Shown: positions 47,621 to 57,938 of the stretch, piece by piece
How the letters are laid out: every line of letters starts with the position of its first letter
Position numbering within the stretch: position 1 is the first letter of the stretch
Source of the DNA: Sulfurifustaceae bacterium
Lineage (GTDB): Bacteria; Pseudomonadota; Gammaproteobacteria; Acidiferrobacterales; Sulfurifustaceae
DNA: 64,000 nt
Assembly (NCBI GenBank): GCA_041481225.1
Contig: JBGPBL010000003.1
Coordinates: forward strand, 5,116-69,115
Reading direction: 5' to 3'
The notes under the pieces: model-generated
Told to the model about the DNA's origin: nothing
Database searches by the model: none
What the model saw: the letters and a program-made list of their open reading frames with translations, nothing else
Translations under genes and position numbers: made by a program

Positions 47621-48751
47621 CTATTTCCCTTCCATCAATCCGATGAAGCGGTCAAACAGCGGCGACACATCGTGCGGTCCCGGGCTGGCCTCGGGGTGGC
47701 CCTGGAAACAGAACGCCGGTTTGTCGGTACGTTCCAGACCCTGAACGGAATTGTCGAAGAGCGAACGGTGCGTTACGCGCAGGTTGGACGGCAGGCTGGC
47801 TTCGTCCACGGCAAAACCGTGGTTCTGGCTCGTGATCATCACGCGGCCGGCCTTCATATCGAGCACTGGATGATTGGCACCATGATGGCCAAACTTCATC
47901 TTGACGGTGCGTGCGCCGGAGGCAAGTCCGAGCAACTGATGGCCGAGACAAATGCCGAACACAGGCAGACCGCTATCGACAATGGTACGGATCGCTTCGA
48001 TGGCATAGGTGCACGGTTCGGGGTCACCGGGTCCGTTGGACAAAAACACACCATCAGGCTTCAGTTTCAATACTTCCGCCGCAGACGTCTGCGCCGGCAC
48101 CACGGTGAGACGGCAACCGCGCGCGGCCAACATGCGCAGGATGTTGCGTTTGGTGCCGTAATCGAAGGCGACCACGTGGAAACGCGGCTTTGCCTGCTGC
48201 ACAAATCCCTTACCAAGCGCCCACTCACCTTCGGTCCATTCGTACGGTTTCTTCACGCTCACGACCTTGGCCAAGTCCATGCCCTTCAGACCCGGAAATT
48301 CGCGCGCTGTTTTGAGCGCCGCTTTTTTATCGAGCTTCCCGCCTTTATCTACAGCGAGGATGCAGCCGTTCTGCGCGCCCTTCTCGCGCAACAGACGCGT
48401 GAGCCGGCGCGTGTCGATGTCGGCGATACCGACAATCTTGTGGCGTTTCATGAACTCGGGCAACGACTCCTGCGAACGCCAGTTGCTCAACGTGGCGGGC
48501 AGATCACGGATCACGAGACCCGTGGCATAGACACCGCCGGATTCCATGTCTTCGCTGTTGGTGCCGGTGTTGCCGATGTGGGGATAGGTGAGCGTGACAA
48601 TCTGCCGCGCGTAGGACGGATCGGAGAGGATTTCCTGATAGCCGGTCATGGCGGTATTGAACACCACCTCACCCACGGCCTGCCCGGAAATACCGATGGA
48701 CTCCCCGTAGAACAGGGAACCATCTTCCAGTGCAAGCAGTGCGGACGGCAT
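47621..48751 (-). CDS. carA: carbamoyl-phosphate synthase small subunit
   Basis: [44 protein letters not shown]. Confidence 0.98.
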   Translation of the reverse strand: MPSALLALEDGSLFYGESIGISGQAVGEVVFNTAMTGYQEILSDPSYARQIVTLTYPHIGNTGTNSEDMESGGVYATGLVIRDLPATLSNWRSQESLPEFMKRHKIVGIADIDTRRLTRLLREKGAQNGCILAVDKGGKLDKKAALKTAREFPGLKGMDLAKVVSVKKPYEWTEGEWALGKGFVQQAKPRFHVVAFDYGTKRNILRMLAARGCRLTVVPAQTSAAEVLKLKPDGVFLSNGPGDPEPCTYAIEAIRTIVDSGLPVFGICLGHQLLGLASGARTVKMKFGHHGANHPVLDMKAGRVMITSQNHGFAVDEASLPSNLRVTHRSLFDNSVQGLERTDKPAFCFQGHPEASPGPHDVSPLFDRFIGLMEGK

Positions 48752-48778
48752 CAGCGAAATTCCTCGGCGCGGGCATAC

Positions 48779-48809
48779 AAAAACGGGAGAGGCCCATGGC
48801 TTCTCCCGC
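48779..48809 (-). terminator. intrinsic terminator in the carA 5' leader (candidate attenuator)
   Basis: Minus strand GCGGGAGA-A-GCC-ATG-GGC-C-TCTCCCGT-TTTT, ending 28 nt before the carA ATG. Confidence 0.7.
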
Positions 48810-48850
48810 TTCGAATTGCATTAATTAAAGGGTGTTCCGGCTGAGAGCGA

Positions 48851-48879
48851 ATATTACGTGACGGGCGCCATAAAATCAA
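48851..48879 (-). promoter_or_regulatory. putative sigma70 promoter of carAB
   Basis: Minus strand TTGATT-N17-TAATAT, upstream of the leader terminator. Confidence 0.55.
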
Positions 48880-48961
48880 CGCGGCCCGATAGCTCCTTTA
48901 ACGACGGCCTTATTGATAACAAGGCGTGACCACAGACGGGATTTGTCTATAAACTGCGCGC

Positions 48962-49654
48962 ATGGAACATGAATATCCGACGATTCTGATGCACCTTGGG
49001 CTCGCTGTCGTGGCCGGCGGTTTCATCGGACTGGAACGCACCTATCACGGACGTCCGGCCGGCTTCCGCACCCATACACTGGTGTGCACGGCGTCGAGCC
49101 TGCTGATGCTGCTCACCGTCTACCAATGGCAACTGCTCCAGGGTGTGCCACTGGAAACGCTGCGCGTCGATCCCACGCGCATGGCCCAGGGCATCATGAC
49201 CGGCATCGGCTTCCTCGGCGCCGGCGTGATCATGAAAGAGGGTCTCACGGTGCGCGGGTTGACCACCGCGGCTTCCATCTGGATCACTGCCGCCATCGGC
49301 ATCTTGATCGGTGTCGGATTTTATTTTCCCGCTGTGGTGACCACCCTGTTTACGCTCGGCACGCTGTCCCTGTTCCGCTGGATCGAGGCGATCATGCCCA
49401 CGCTTTTTTACGCGCGGTTGCACGTGCGCTTTAAACGCCAGGAAACGCTCCCGGAATCCGACCTGCGCGCCCTCATCGGACAGCACCACTTCACCGTGGC
49501 CAACCTGAGTTACCAGCTGGGAGAAGAAGGGAAGTTTTTTGAATACCAGATGACGATACGCACGCAGGAGAAGGACAACTACCGCGTACTGGCTGAAACA
49601 CTGACGGCCATGGACAAAGTACTGGAGTTCCACATATACCCTACCGGCGATTAG
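48962..49654 (+). CDS. mgtC: MgtC/SapB family membrane protein
   Basis: GGFIGLER, AGFRTH.LV, DPTRMAQGIMTGIGFLGAG, VRGLTTAASIW.TAAIG; C-terminal ACT-like domain. Confidence 0.92.
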   Translation: MEHEYPTILMHLGLAVVAGGFIGLERTYHGRPAGFRTHTLVCTASSLLMLLTVYQWQLLQGVPLETLRVDPTRMAQGIMTGIGFLGAGVIMKEGLTVRGLTTAASIWITAAIGILIGVGFYFPAVVTTLFTLGTLSLFRWIEAIMPTLFYARLHVRFKRQETLPESDLRALIGQHHFTVANLSYQLGEEGKFFEYQMTIRTQEKDNYRVLAETLTAMDKVLEFHIYPTGD

Positions 49655-49675
49655 CCCTCGCGCTAGTCGTCAGCC

Positions 49676-50179
49676 TTACAGCACGACCGGGGCATCGGCC
49701 AGTTCGTTTTTCCTGTCACCCCGTGCCGGATAGTGTTTCGCGAGATGCGCACTGATCGCCTGAATACCGGCAATCACGCCGCTCTCAAACTTTCCCAGGC
49801 GAAACATGGCTTCCATGTTGTGGCAGATTCTTTCCCACGACTCCTGCCCCACCCGTGAATGAACGCCCCTGTCGGCAATAATCTCCACGTTGTGATCGGC
49901 CAGCAGCAAGTAGATGAGCACGCCATTGTTGTGCTCGGTATCCCATACACGCAATTGCGAAAATACCTCGACGGCACGGTGGCGAGCCGACTGGTTGCGT
50001 AGAAGCGGTATCGGATGCAGCGCGTTTTCCACGGCAAACCGGATTTCACCGGCATGGGTGGCCTCACACTGGCGAATGGCGGATTCAATCGTACGCAACG
50101 ACGCCGCCGGGAATACACGCCGCACGCGCCATGGCGCGCTCAGCAAATGCCTCAATATCCGTACAACGTCAATCACCAT
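49676..50179 (-). CDS. TPM domain protein (short partner)
   Basis: AIRQCEATHAGEIRFAVE, LRVWDTEHNNGVLIYLLLADHNVEIIADRG. Start moved to ATG 50179, overlapping the upstream stop. Confidence 0.88.
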   Translation of the reverse strand: MVIDVVRILRHLLSAPWRVRRVFPAASLRTIESAIRQCEATHAGEIRFAVENALHPIPLLRNQSARHRAVEVFSQLRVWDTEHNNGVLIYLLLADHNVEIIADRGVHSRVGQESWERICHNMEAMFRLGKFESGVIAGIQAISAHLAKHYPARGDRKNELADAPVVL

Positions 50180-51012
50180 TTTCCTGACGCTCCACCGCCG
50201 CCAAACCCGCCGCCGCCACCGCTGAAGCCCCCTCCACCCATACCGAAACCACCGACGCCACCAGACCAGCCGCCAAAACGTCCGCCAGCCCCGCCGGCCA
50301 GCGTAGACAAAAACGCAATTATTCCAACAACCGCGGCCACACCCAGTGAACTCAGAATCAGCCACATCACTAACGCCGCCACGCCGCCGGCAATGGAAGC
50401 GCCAGGCAGGCGCCCAAACATGGCGCGCAACGCCCCGCCCACAAAGAAAACGGCAGCAAACGCCACGGGAAGATAGTCCTCGAAGCGCGACCAAGAGCTA
50501 TCGTGTTGTGCACGCGCCGGCAACGCCTCGCCCTCGATCAGCCGCATGAGACGGTGTGTCCCCGCCTGAATGCCACCATAAAAATCGCCCTGCTTGAAAT
50601 ACGGCACAATGATCTCGGCGATGACACGCTTGGCGACCGCGTCCGGGATCACGCCCTCCAGCCCATAGCCAACTTCGATGCGCAGATCACGGTCATCCTT
50701 GGCAATGAGGAGCAATACGCCGTCATCGATTCCCTTTCGGCCAAGCTTCCACGTTTCGGCTACGCGGATGGAAAATTGCTCAACGGTCTCCGGTTGGGTA
50801 GTGGGCACGATCAACACCGCGATCTGGCTGCCGCGGAGCGACTCGAACTCGCGCAGATCCTGTTCGAGATTCTGCCGCTGCGTCGGTGTAAGCAGCGCAG
50901 CAAGATCGGTCACACGGGTCTGAAGCGGTGGCACAACCAGATCGGCGTGCGCCGCTCCGGCCAGCACAAACCACAGCAGGAGGATCCAACCGTAGCGGAG
51001 CGAGCGAGTCAT
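50173..51012 (-). CDS. TPM domain protein (YgcG-like) with Gly-rich tail
   Basis: RVTDLA.LL, SQIAVLIVPTT, WKLGRKG.DDGVLLLIA..DR.LRIEVGYGLEG; C-terminal GGGGFSGGGGGFGGGGASGKW. Confidence 0.92.
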   Translation of the reverse strand: MTRSLRYGWILLLWFVLAGAAHADLVVPPLQTRVTDLAALLTPTQRQNLEQDLREFESLRGSQIAVLIVPTTQPETVEQFSIRVAETWKLGRKGIDDGVLLLIAKDDRDLRIEVGYGLEGVIPDAVAKRVIAEIIVPYFKQGDFYGGIQAGTHRLMRLIEGEALPARAQHDSSWSRFEDYLPVAFAAVFFVGGALRAMFGRLPGASIAGGVAALVMWLILSSLGVAAVVGIIAFLSTLAGGAGGRFGGWSGGVGGFGMGGGGFSGGGGGFGGGGASGKW

Positions 51013-51034
51013 CCGTTAAGCCAGAAATACATCG

Positions 51035-51646
51035 TTACTTACCGCCACCAGCGGGCGCGGAGCCAAAATCCACCTTGGGGGGCTGAGAAATTTCTTTCTC
51101 ATTTTCCACAGTGAAGCTCGGCTTAACCTTGAAACTGAACAACATGGCCGTCAGGTTCGAGGGGAAAGAACGCACCGTGACGTTATATTCCTGCACCGCC
51201 TTGATATAACGGTTGCGCGCCACGGTAATACGGTTTTCCGTACCTTCGAGCTGCGCCTGCAGATCGCGGAAAGCGCCATCGGCCTTGAGTTGCGGGTAAT
51301 TCTCCGAGACCACGAGCAGGCGCGACAGTGCCGAAGACATCTCGCTCTGCGCCGCCTGGAATTTGGCGAAGGCCTGCTCATCATTAATAAGATCCGGTGT
51401 CGCCTGGATCGATCCCACCTTGGCGCGCGCCTCGGTGACACGCGTCAACACGTCTTTCTCATGGGCGGCATAGCCCTTGACCACGTTTACCAGATTTGGC
51501 ACCAGATCGGCACGGCGCTGGTACTGATTCAGTACCTCGGCCCAGCTTGCCTTAATGCTCTCGTCGGTGGATTGCAGGGTGTTGTACCCGCAACCACTCA
51601 ACATCGCAGTGATCAGCAATAAAGCGGATAAGAACCAGCGGCGCAT
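51035..51646 (-). CDS. lemA: LemA family protein
   Basis: GCGYN, WAEVLNQYQRRADLVPNLV, ENYPQLKA, QLEGTENRITVARNRY. Confidence 0.95.
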   Translation of the reverse strand: MRRWFLSALLLITAMLSGCGYNTLQSTDESIKASWAEVLNQYQRRADLVPNLVNVVKGYAAHEKDVLTRVTEARAKVGSIQATPDLINDEQAFAKFQAAQSEMSSALSRLLVVSENYPQLKADGAFRDLQAQLEGTENRITVARNRYIKAVQEYNVTVRSFPSNLTAMLFSFKVKPSFTVENEKEISQPPKVDFGSAPAGGGK

Positions 51647-51693
51647 AGCTTTCTCCTTTAAGAATGGCAGGCGAATTGATAATGGGTACGCCC

Positions 51694-51722
51694 TCGCGGA
51701 TTACAAGCAACGGAATCCGCGA
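51694..51722. repeat. palindrome between mltC and lemA
   Basis: TCGCGGATT-ACAAGCAACGG-AATCCGCGA; 9-bp perfect arms, no U-tract. Confidence 0.5.
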
Positions 51723-51726
51723 TCGC

Positions 51727-52971
51727 TCAGTTTACCCGACTGATGAACTGCTTGCGGTAGTTAACCACCTTCACCAGATACTGTCGCGTCTCTTCGTAGG
51801 GCAGACTCGTGCGTAACTTCTCGTACACCCCCGGTGGTTGCAGGCTGTTGATGGTGTTCACCGCTTCGACCTGGTTTTTTGAGAAGGTCTTGTAGACGTT
51901 GCCCGGACCGGTGTTGTAGGCCGAGATCACACAGTATTCGCGCGTCACGGGATTGGTGACACGTTCCAGCTGGCTATACGTCAGCACGCTCAGGTAGGCC
52001 GTGCCCAATTCGATATTGTTCTCAGCATCGAACAGATACTGCTTCGATGGCGTCTCATCGACCCCCTTGGCCCGGCGATAAGCCTCGCGCCCGCCGCTCG
52101 TGGGCACAAGCTGCATCATTCCATAGGCCGGTGCCGAGCTCACGGCGAAGGGATTGAAATTGCTCTCCGTCCGGATCACGGCGTACACGAGGCTCGGGCT
52201 GATGTTGTACTGCGTGGCGTATTTCTTGACGGGTTCGCTGTACTTCTCGGCCTGCTTGTTCTCGAAATTGGCCACCATGGAAAACTTCACGAACAGCGCG
52301 TTCTTCGTTCCACCTTCGAGTTCCACCGGCCGGTTGGCCGCCTGCTGCGTCAGCAGATGATCCGCAAAGCCTTCGGCCTCGGCGGGCGTGGCGATGACCT
52401 TGCTGTTCTGGTCCACGACCAGACCGAGCAAGTAGGGCTTCTTGTCGCTCGTGAGCGTCACGGCGCTGTCGGAGAAAAGATCGACCGAACGCGGATCGTC
52501 GGGCGTCAGCAGTGTCGTCACGATGGCGTTCTTGAGACTCACGCGCGGATCCTTGTCGTCCACGGTCTCGACGGTGATCTCACCGGCGTCAAAATCGACG
52601 ACGGCACGACTTTTGTAATTCTGGGTGTACTTGATGTACTGCACACGCGAGGGCAGCTTCACTTCCTTCTTGCCCCAGGTCTTGCTTACGTTCCCCGTCA
52701 GCAACGACATCAGGTTGTCGTAATCGTGCTTGATGGTGCGGATGTCCTGAATCAGGGCTTGGGGATTTTGTTCATACACATCGCGACGTTTCTTCAGGGT
52801 CTCTTTGAGAGCCTCCTGACGGTCATCGCTTTTGGCAATCTTGGTCAGGGAGCGGGCGGTGCTGCTGTTCACCACCGACAGGGCGCGGTCGGCGGTATTG
52901 AGCGACTTGTCCAGCGACTCGCAGCTGGACAACAGCATCAGGGAGAGCGCCAGAAAAGTAAATTTTTTCAT
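51727..52971 (-). CDS. mltC: membrane-bound lytic murein transglycosylase, MltC-like lipoprotein
   Basis: Lipobox LLSSC; SLT motifs IRTESNFNP.AVS, GMMQL, AYNTG, ETRQY; N-terminal region like DUF3393. Confidence 0.88.
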   Translation of the reverse strand: MKKFTFLALSLMLLSSCESLDKSLNTADRALSVVNSSTARSLTKIAKSDDRQEALKETLKKRRDVYEQNPQALIQDIRTIKHDYDNLMSLLTGNVSKTWGKKEVKLPSRVQYIKYTQNYKSRAVVDFDAGEITVETVDDKDPRVSLKNAIVTTLLTPDDPRSVDLFSDSAVTLTSDKKPYLLGLVVDQNSKVIATPAEAEGFADHLLTQQAANRPVELEGGTKNALFVKFSMVANFENKQAEKYSEPVKKYATQYNISPSLVYAVIRTESNFNPFAVSSAPAYGMMQLVPTSGGREAYRRAKGVDETPSKQYLFDAENNIELGTAYLSVLTYSQLERVTNPVTREYCVISAYNTGPGNVYKTFSKNQVEAVNTINSLQPPGVYEKLRTSLPYEETRQYLVKVVNYRKQFISRVN

Positions 52972-52986
52972 TCCTCCTCCCGTGAA

Positions 52987-53793
<807 letters not shown>

Positions 53794-54000
53794 TTATTCT
53801 GGTTTGATTCGATCAGTGAGGATAGATGATTTCACCGGCAACGCCAATACAGGAACAGGCCGGTATGGGCCGTGTTTCGGGTCGCTTGAAAGGGAAAACT
53901 TAGAAAGCCTCTGATCAACTCAAAATGTAGCGTGCGCCTGTGCTGTGCATGGATGCGCCGCAGGGGCGGCCGCACCAATCGACAAAGCGGAATTATCCGG

Positions 54001-55134
54001 CTATTTACCGAATACGCCCTTGAGCTTATCCAGCCAGGAATGTTCGCGGGGGTTATGCCTCTCACCGCCCTCGCGCACAAGGTGGTCGAACTCTTCCAGC
54101 AGGCCCTTCTGTTTCGAGGTGAGGTTCACCGGCGTTTCGACGCTGATGCGGCAATAGAGATCGCCGGTGTGACCGGTGCGCACGTTGCGCACGCCCTTGC
54201 CGCGCAGGCGGAAAAGTTTTTCGCTCTGCGAGCCGGGCGGCACCTTGACCGAGGCGCGGCCATCGAGCGTCGGCACTTCGAGCTCGCCGCCGAGCACGAC
54301 CGTGGAAAAGCCCACCGGCATCTCGCAATAGAGATCGTCCTGCTGGCGTTTGAAAATGGGATGCGGCTTCAAGTGCATCTGCACAAACAGGTCGCCCGCC
54401 GGCCCGCCGTTTTCGCCGCTTTCGCCTTCGCCCGCCAGACGTATCTGGTCGCCTTCGTCCACGCCGGCAGGGACTTTCACGGACAGCGTCTTGGTCTGTT
54501 GCACCCGTCCCTGCCCGTGGCAGGTGGGGCAGGGATCAGTGATGGTCTTGCCGCTGCCGTGACAGTTGGGGCAGGTTTGCTGGACGGAAAAGAATCCCTG
54601 TTGCATCCGCACCTGCCCGTGTCCCGCACAGGTGCGGCAGATGGTCGCCGAGGTTCCGCTTTTCGCGCCACTGCCTTTACAGGTATCGCAGGTTTCCATC
54701 GCGGGTACGCGAATGCGCACTTCCGTTCCCTTGACCGCGTCTTCGAGCGAGAGTTCGAGGCTGTAGCGCAGATCGGCGCCGCGAAGGTTTTGTGCGCCGC
54801 GGGTGCGGCCGCCGAAGATGTCACCGAAGACATCGCCGAAAATATCCGCGAAGTTGCCGCCTCCGGCAGAGTAGAAACCTCCAGCACCGGCACCAGCGGC
54901 CGCGGACGGGTCCACGCCGGCGTGACCGAATTGGTCGTAGGCCGCGCGCTTCTGGCCGTCGGAGAGAACCTCGTAGGCTTCCTTGGCTTCCTTGAACTTG
55001 GCCTCGGTGGTTTTGTCGTCCGGGTTGCGGTCGGGGTGATGTTTCATGGCGAGACGCCGGTAGGCCTTCTTGATCTCGGCCTCCGAGGCATTACGCTCGA
55101 CACCCAACACCTGGTAGTAATCCTGTTTCGCCAT
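54001..55134 (-). CDS. dnaJ: chaperone DnaJ
   Basis: J domain with HPD; four CxxCxGxG zinc-finger repeats. Confidence 0.98.
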   Translation of the reverse strand: MAKQDYYQVLGVERNASEAEIKKAYRRLAMKHHPDRNPDDKTTEAKFKEAKEAYEVLSDGQKRAAYDQFGHAGVDPSAAAGAGAGGFYSAGGGNFADIFGDVFGDIFGGRTRGAQNLRGADLRYSLELSLEDAVKGTEVRIRVPAMETCDTCKGSGAKSGTSATICRTCAGHGQVRMQQGFFSVQQTCPNCHGSGKTITDPCPTCHGQGRVQQTKTLSVKVPAGVDEGDQIRLAGEGESGENGGPAGDLFVQMHLKPHPIFKRQQDDLYCEMPVGFSTVVLGGELEVPTLDGRASVKVPPGSQSEKLFRLRGKGVRNVRTGHTGDLYCRISVETPVNLTSKQKGLLEEFDHLVREGGERHNPREHSWLDKLKGVFGK

Positions 55135-55213
55135 TTCTGATATCCGTTCCGTGCAATGTCACATTGACGGCCACTACAGCGTTATTGTTTTTTCTGCGTC
55201 CCTGCCAGACATG

Positions 55214-55260
55214 GCAAAGGCACCGTGGCAACCGATGCCGATCGGCCACAGCGCCTTCGC
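55214..55260 (-). other. long RNA hairpin in the dnaK-dnaJ spacer
   Basis: Minus strand GCGAAGGCGCUGUGGC-CGAU-CGGC-AUCG-GUU-GCCACGGUGCCUUUGC: 16 contiguous outer pairs (three G-U) plus an inner stem. Confidence 0.65.
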
Positions 55261-55278
55261 TTTCCAGACAAGCAATCC

Positions 55279-57219
55279 CTACTTCTTGTCTTTGTCCTTC
55301 ACTTCCTCGAATTCGGCATCGACCACGTTTTCCTTGTTTTCCTTGGCGCCTGCATGCTTGTCCGCCCCCGGCGCTTCCGCCGTGGCCCCGGCTGTGGCAC
55401 TGGCCTGGGCATACATCTGCTCGGCCAACTTGTGGGAGGCCTCGGTCAACGCCTCGGTCTTTTTCTGGATCTCGTCCTTGTCATCGCCGCGCGCGACGGC
55501 TTCGAGATCCTTGATGGCCGCTTCGATCTTTTCCTTCTCGTCGGCAGCCAGCTTGTCGCCCATCTCCTTCACGGACTTGCGCACACTGTGCAGCAAGCCG
55601 TCGGCGTGGTTGCGCGTGTCCGCGAGTTCATGCGCCTTGCGGTCTTCCTCGGCATGGGCCTCAGCGTCCTTGACCATCTGCTGGATTTCCGCCTCGCTCA
55701 GGCCCGTACCGGCCTTGATGACGATTTTGTTTTCCTTGTTGGTCGCCTTGTCCTTCGCCGATACGTGCAGAATGCCGTTGGCGTCGATGTCGAACGTGAC
55801 CTCGACCTGCGGCACGCCGCGCGGTGCGGGCGGAATATCCGAAAGGTCAAAGCGTCCGAGCGATTTGTTGCCCCCGGCCATCTCGCGCTCGCCCTGAAGC
55901 ACGTGCACCGTTACCGCGGTCTGGCTGTCGTCGGCGGTGGAGAACACCTGCGATGCCTTGGTCGGGATCGTGGTGTTCTTCTGGATCAGCTTGGTCATGA
56001 CGCCGCCCAGGGTCTCGATACCAAGAGACAGCGGCGTGACATCGAGCAGCAACACGTCCTTCACTTGGCCGCCGAGCACGCCGCCCTGGATCGCCGCGCC
56101 GATGGCGACGGCCTCGTCCGGGTTCACGTCCTTGCGTGGCTCCTTGCCGAAGAAATCCTTTACGACCTGTTGCACCTTGGGCATGCGGGTCTGGCCGCCA
56201 ACCAGGATGATGTCGTTGATGTCGGAGGCCTTGAGACCGGCATCCTTAAGCGCCATCTTGCTTGGCTCAATGGTCTTTTGGATCAGGTCCTCGACCAGGG
56301 ACTCAAGCTTGGCGCGCGTGATCTTGATATTGAGATGTTTCGGACCACTGGCATCGGCCGTGATGTACGGCAGGTTCACTTCCGTCTGCTGGCTCGAAGA
56401 CAACTCGATCTTGGCCTTTTCCGCCGCGTCCTTCAGACGCTGCAGCGCCAGCGGGTCCTTGTGCAGATCGACGCCCGCGTCCTTTTTAAATTCGTCCGCG
56501 AGATAGTCGATGATACGCTTGTCGAAATCTTCGCCGCCCAGGAAAGTGTCGCCGTTCGTGGACAACACCTCGAACTGGTGCTCGCCATCCACTTCGGCGA
56601 TTTCAATGATGGAAATATCGAACGTGCCACCGCCCAGATCGTAGACCGCGATCTTGGAATCGCCCGGCTTCTTGTCCATGCCGTAGGCGAGGGCCGCCGC
56701 GGTCGGTTCGTTGATGATGCGCTTGACCTCAAGGCCCGCGATGCGTCCGGCATCTTTCGTGGCCTGGCGCTGGGAATCGTTAAAGTAGGCCGGAACGGTG
56801 ATGACGGCCTCCGTGACTTCCTCGCCCAGGTAATCCTCGGCGGTCTTTTTCATCTTCTGCAGCACGCGCGCGGAAATTTCCTGCGCGGCCATGGCCTTGC
56901 CCTTGACCTCAACCCAGGCATCGCCGTTTTTCGCTTTCACGATCTTGTACGGCACCATCTTGATGTCGCGCTGCACCACGTCGTCTTCGTATTTGCGGCC
57001 GATCAGGCGCTTAATGGCGTAGAGCGTGTTGGCCGGGTTGGTGATCGCCTGGCGCTTGGCCACCTGACCCGCCAGCACATCGGCGTCATCCGTGTAGGCC
57101 ACGACGGAAGGCGTGGTGCGATCGCCTTCGCTGTTTTCGATCACGCGTACCTTGTCGCCTTCCATGATCGCGACGCAGGAGTTGGTCGTGCCCAGATCTA
57201 TACCAATAATTCTTGCCAT
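55279..57219 (-). CDS. dnaK: chaperone DnaK (Hsp70)
   Basis: [45 protein letters not shown]. Confidence 0.99.
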   Translation of the reverse strand: MARIIGIDLGTTNSCVAIMEGDKVRVIENSEGDRTTPSVVAYTDDADVLAGQVAKRQAITNPANTLYAIKRLIGRKYEDDVVQRDIKMVPYKIVKAKNGDAWVEVKGKAMAAQEISARVLQKMKKTAEDYLGEEVTEAVITVPAYFNDSQRQATKDAGRIAGLEVKRIINEPTAAALAYGMDKKPGDSKIAVYDLGGGTFDISIIEIAEVDGEHQFEVLSTNGDTFLGGEDFDKRIIDYLADEFKKDAGVDLHKDPLALQRLKDAAEKAKIELSSSQQTEVNLPYITADASGPKHLNIKITRAKLESLVEDLIQKTIEPSKMALKDAGLKASDINDIILVGGQTRMPKVQQVVKDFFGKEPRKDVNPDEAVAIGAAIQGGVLGGQVKDVLLLDVTPLSLGIETLGGVMTKLIQKNTTIPTKASQVFSTADDSQTAVTVHVLQGEREMAGGNKSLGRFDLSDIPPAPRGVPQVEVTFDIDANGILHVSAKDKATNKENKIVIKAGTGLSEAEIQQMVKDAEAHAEEDRKAHELADTRNHADGLLHSVRKSVKEMGDKLAADEKEKIEAAIKDLEAVARGDDKDEIQKKTEALTEASHKLAEQMYAQASATAGATAEAPGADKHAGAKENKENVVDAEFEEVKDKDKK

Positions 57220-57265
57220 TGTTCTTGCCTCAAAAGTTTCAGTGAATTCAGGTAATTTGTTTTCA

Positions 57266-57293
57266 GAATGGGGCTAAATCCCGCGTTTTCAAG
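57266..57293 (-). promoter_or_regulatory. sigma32 (RpoH) promoter upstream of dnaK
   Basis: Minus strand CTTGAAA-N13-CCCCATTC; the -35 box overlaps the grpE stop. Confidence 0.85.
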
Positions 57294-57870
57294 CCCCGGC
57301 ATTGTTATCCACGGCGGGGGGGCGGGCCACCACCACCATGGCCGGCCGCAGCAGCCGGTCGTTCAGCAGAAACCCCTTCTGGACCACGGTCACCACGTGA
57401 TTGGCGGGCACCTCGGCCGATTCCACGGTACTGATGGCCTGGTGTTTCTCGGGATCGAATTTCTGCCCCTGGGGGTCGACCACCGTGATGCCAAACTTCT
57501 GGAAGGTGCTGTCCAGGAGTTTCAGGGTCAGGTCGAGCCCTTCATGCATCTTCTGCACCGCCGGGCTTGAGCCCTCCGGCAATTCCACACCACGGGCAAG
57601 CTCCAAGCTGTCACGGACGTTCACGATCTCGGCGGCAAAACGCTCGATGGCGTACTTGCGGGAATTCCCCAACTCGACCTCGGCACGCTTGCGCTGGTTT
57701 TCCATGTCGGCGCGGGAACGGAGGAATTTATCCAGATTTTCCAGCGCCTCGGCGCGGACCTGGTCCAACTCCGCCTGTAATTGTTTGATCTCGGGCGCGG
57801 GCTCGAGGCCGTGCGGCGACACCGCCTCGGACTCGGGCACAGCGATCTGTTCTTTTATTTCGTCAGCCAA
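57289..57870 (-). CDS. grpE: nucleotide exchange factor GrpE
   Basis: LRSRADMENQRKR, FDPEKHQAI, VVQKGFLLNDRLLRPAMVVV; TTG start. Confidence 0.96.
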   Translation of the reverse strand: MADEIKEQIAVPESEAVSPHGLEPAPEIKQLQAELDQVRAEALENLDKFLRSRADMENQRKRAEVELGNSRKYAIERFAAEIVNVRDSLELARGVELPEGSSPAVQKMHEGLDLTLKLLDSTFQKFGITVVDPQGQKFDPEKHQAISTVESAEVPANHVVTVVQKGFLLNDRLLRPAMVVVARPPAVDNNAGA

Positions 57871-57909
57871 ACCGATACCTCCACATCAAAATAAGCGCAA
57901 TGCCGAAAA

Positions 57910-57938
57910 AAATGGGGTTAATGTTCCGAACTTTCAAG
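57910..57938 (-). promoter_or_regulatory. sigma32 (RpoH) promoter upstream of grpE
   Basis: Minus strand CTTGAAA-N14-CCCCATTT, embedded in the last codons of hrcA. Confidence 0.85.

Noticed and set aside
50176-50300. GGC/GGT-rich tandem-looking repeats
   Set aside because: Encode the normal Gly-rich tail of TPM proteins; not a DNA repeat or array.
49676-50494. ORF-track version of the second TPM gene with a 105-aa Arg/Trp-rich N-extension
   Set aside because: The extension is an alternate frame of the upstream TPM gene's Gly-rich tail. Starts were trimmed likewise for nuoN, nuoH, nuoG, nuoB, nuoA, tpiA, glmM and gnd.
53885-53891. CTTGAAA sigma32 -35-like box
   Set aside because: Wrong strand for dapB or dnaJ, and no CCCCAT box at 13-15 nt.
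55225-57255. 676-aa plus-strand ORF antisense to dnaK
   Set aside because: Mirror-frame ORF opposite a highly expressed GC-rich gene, a well-known dnaK antisense artefact; no recognisable motifs or RBS.
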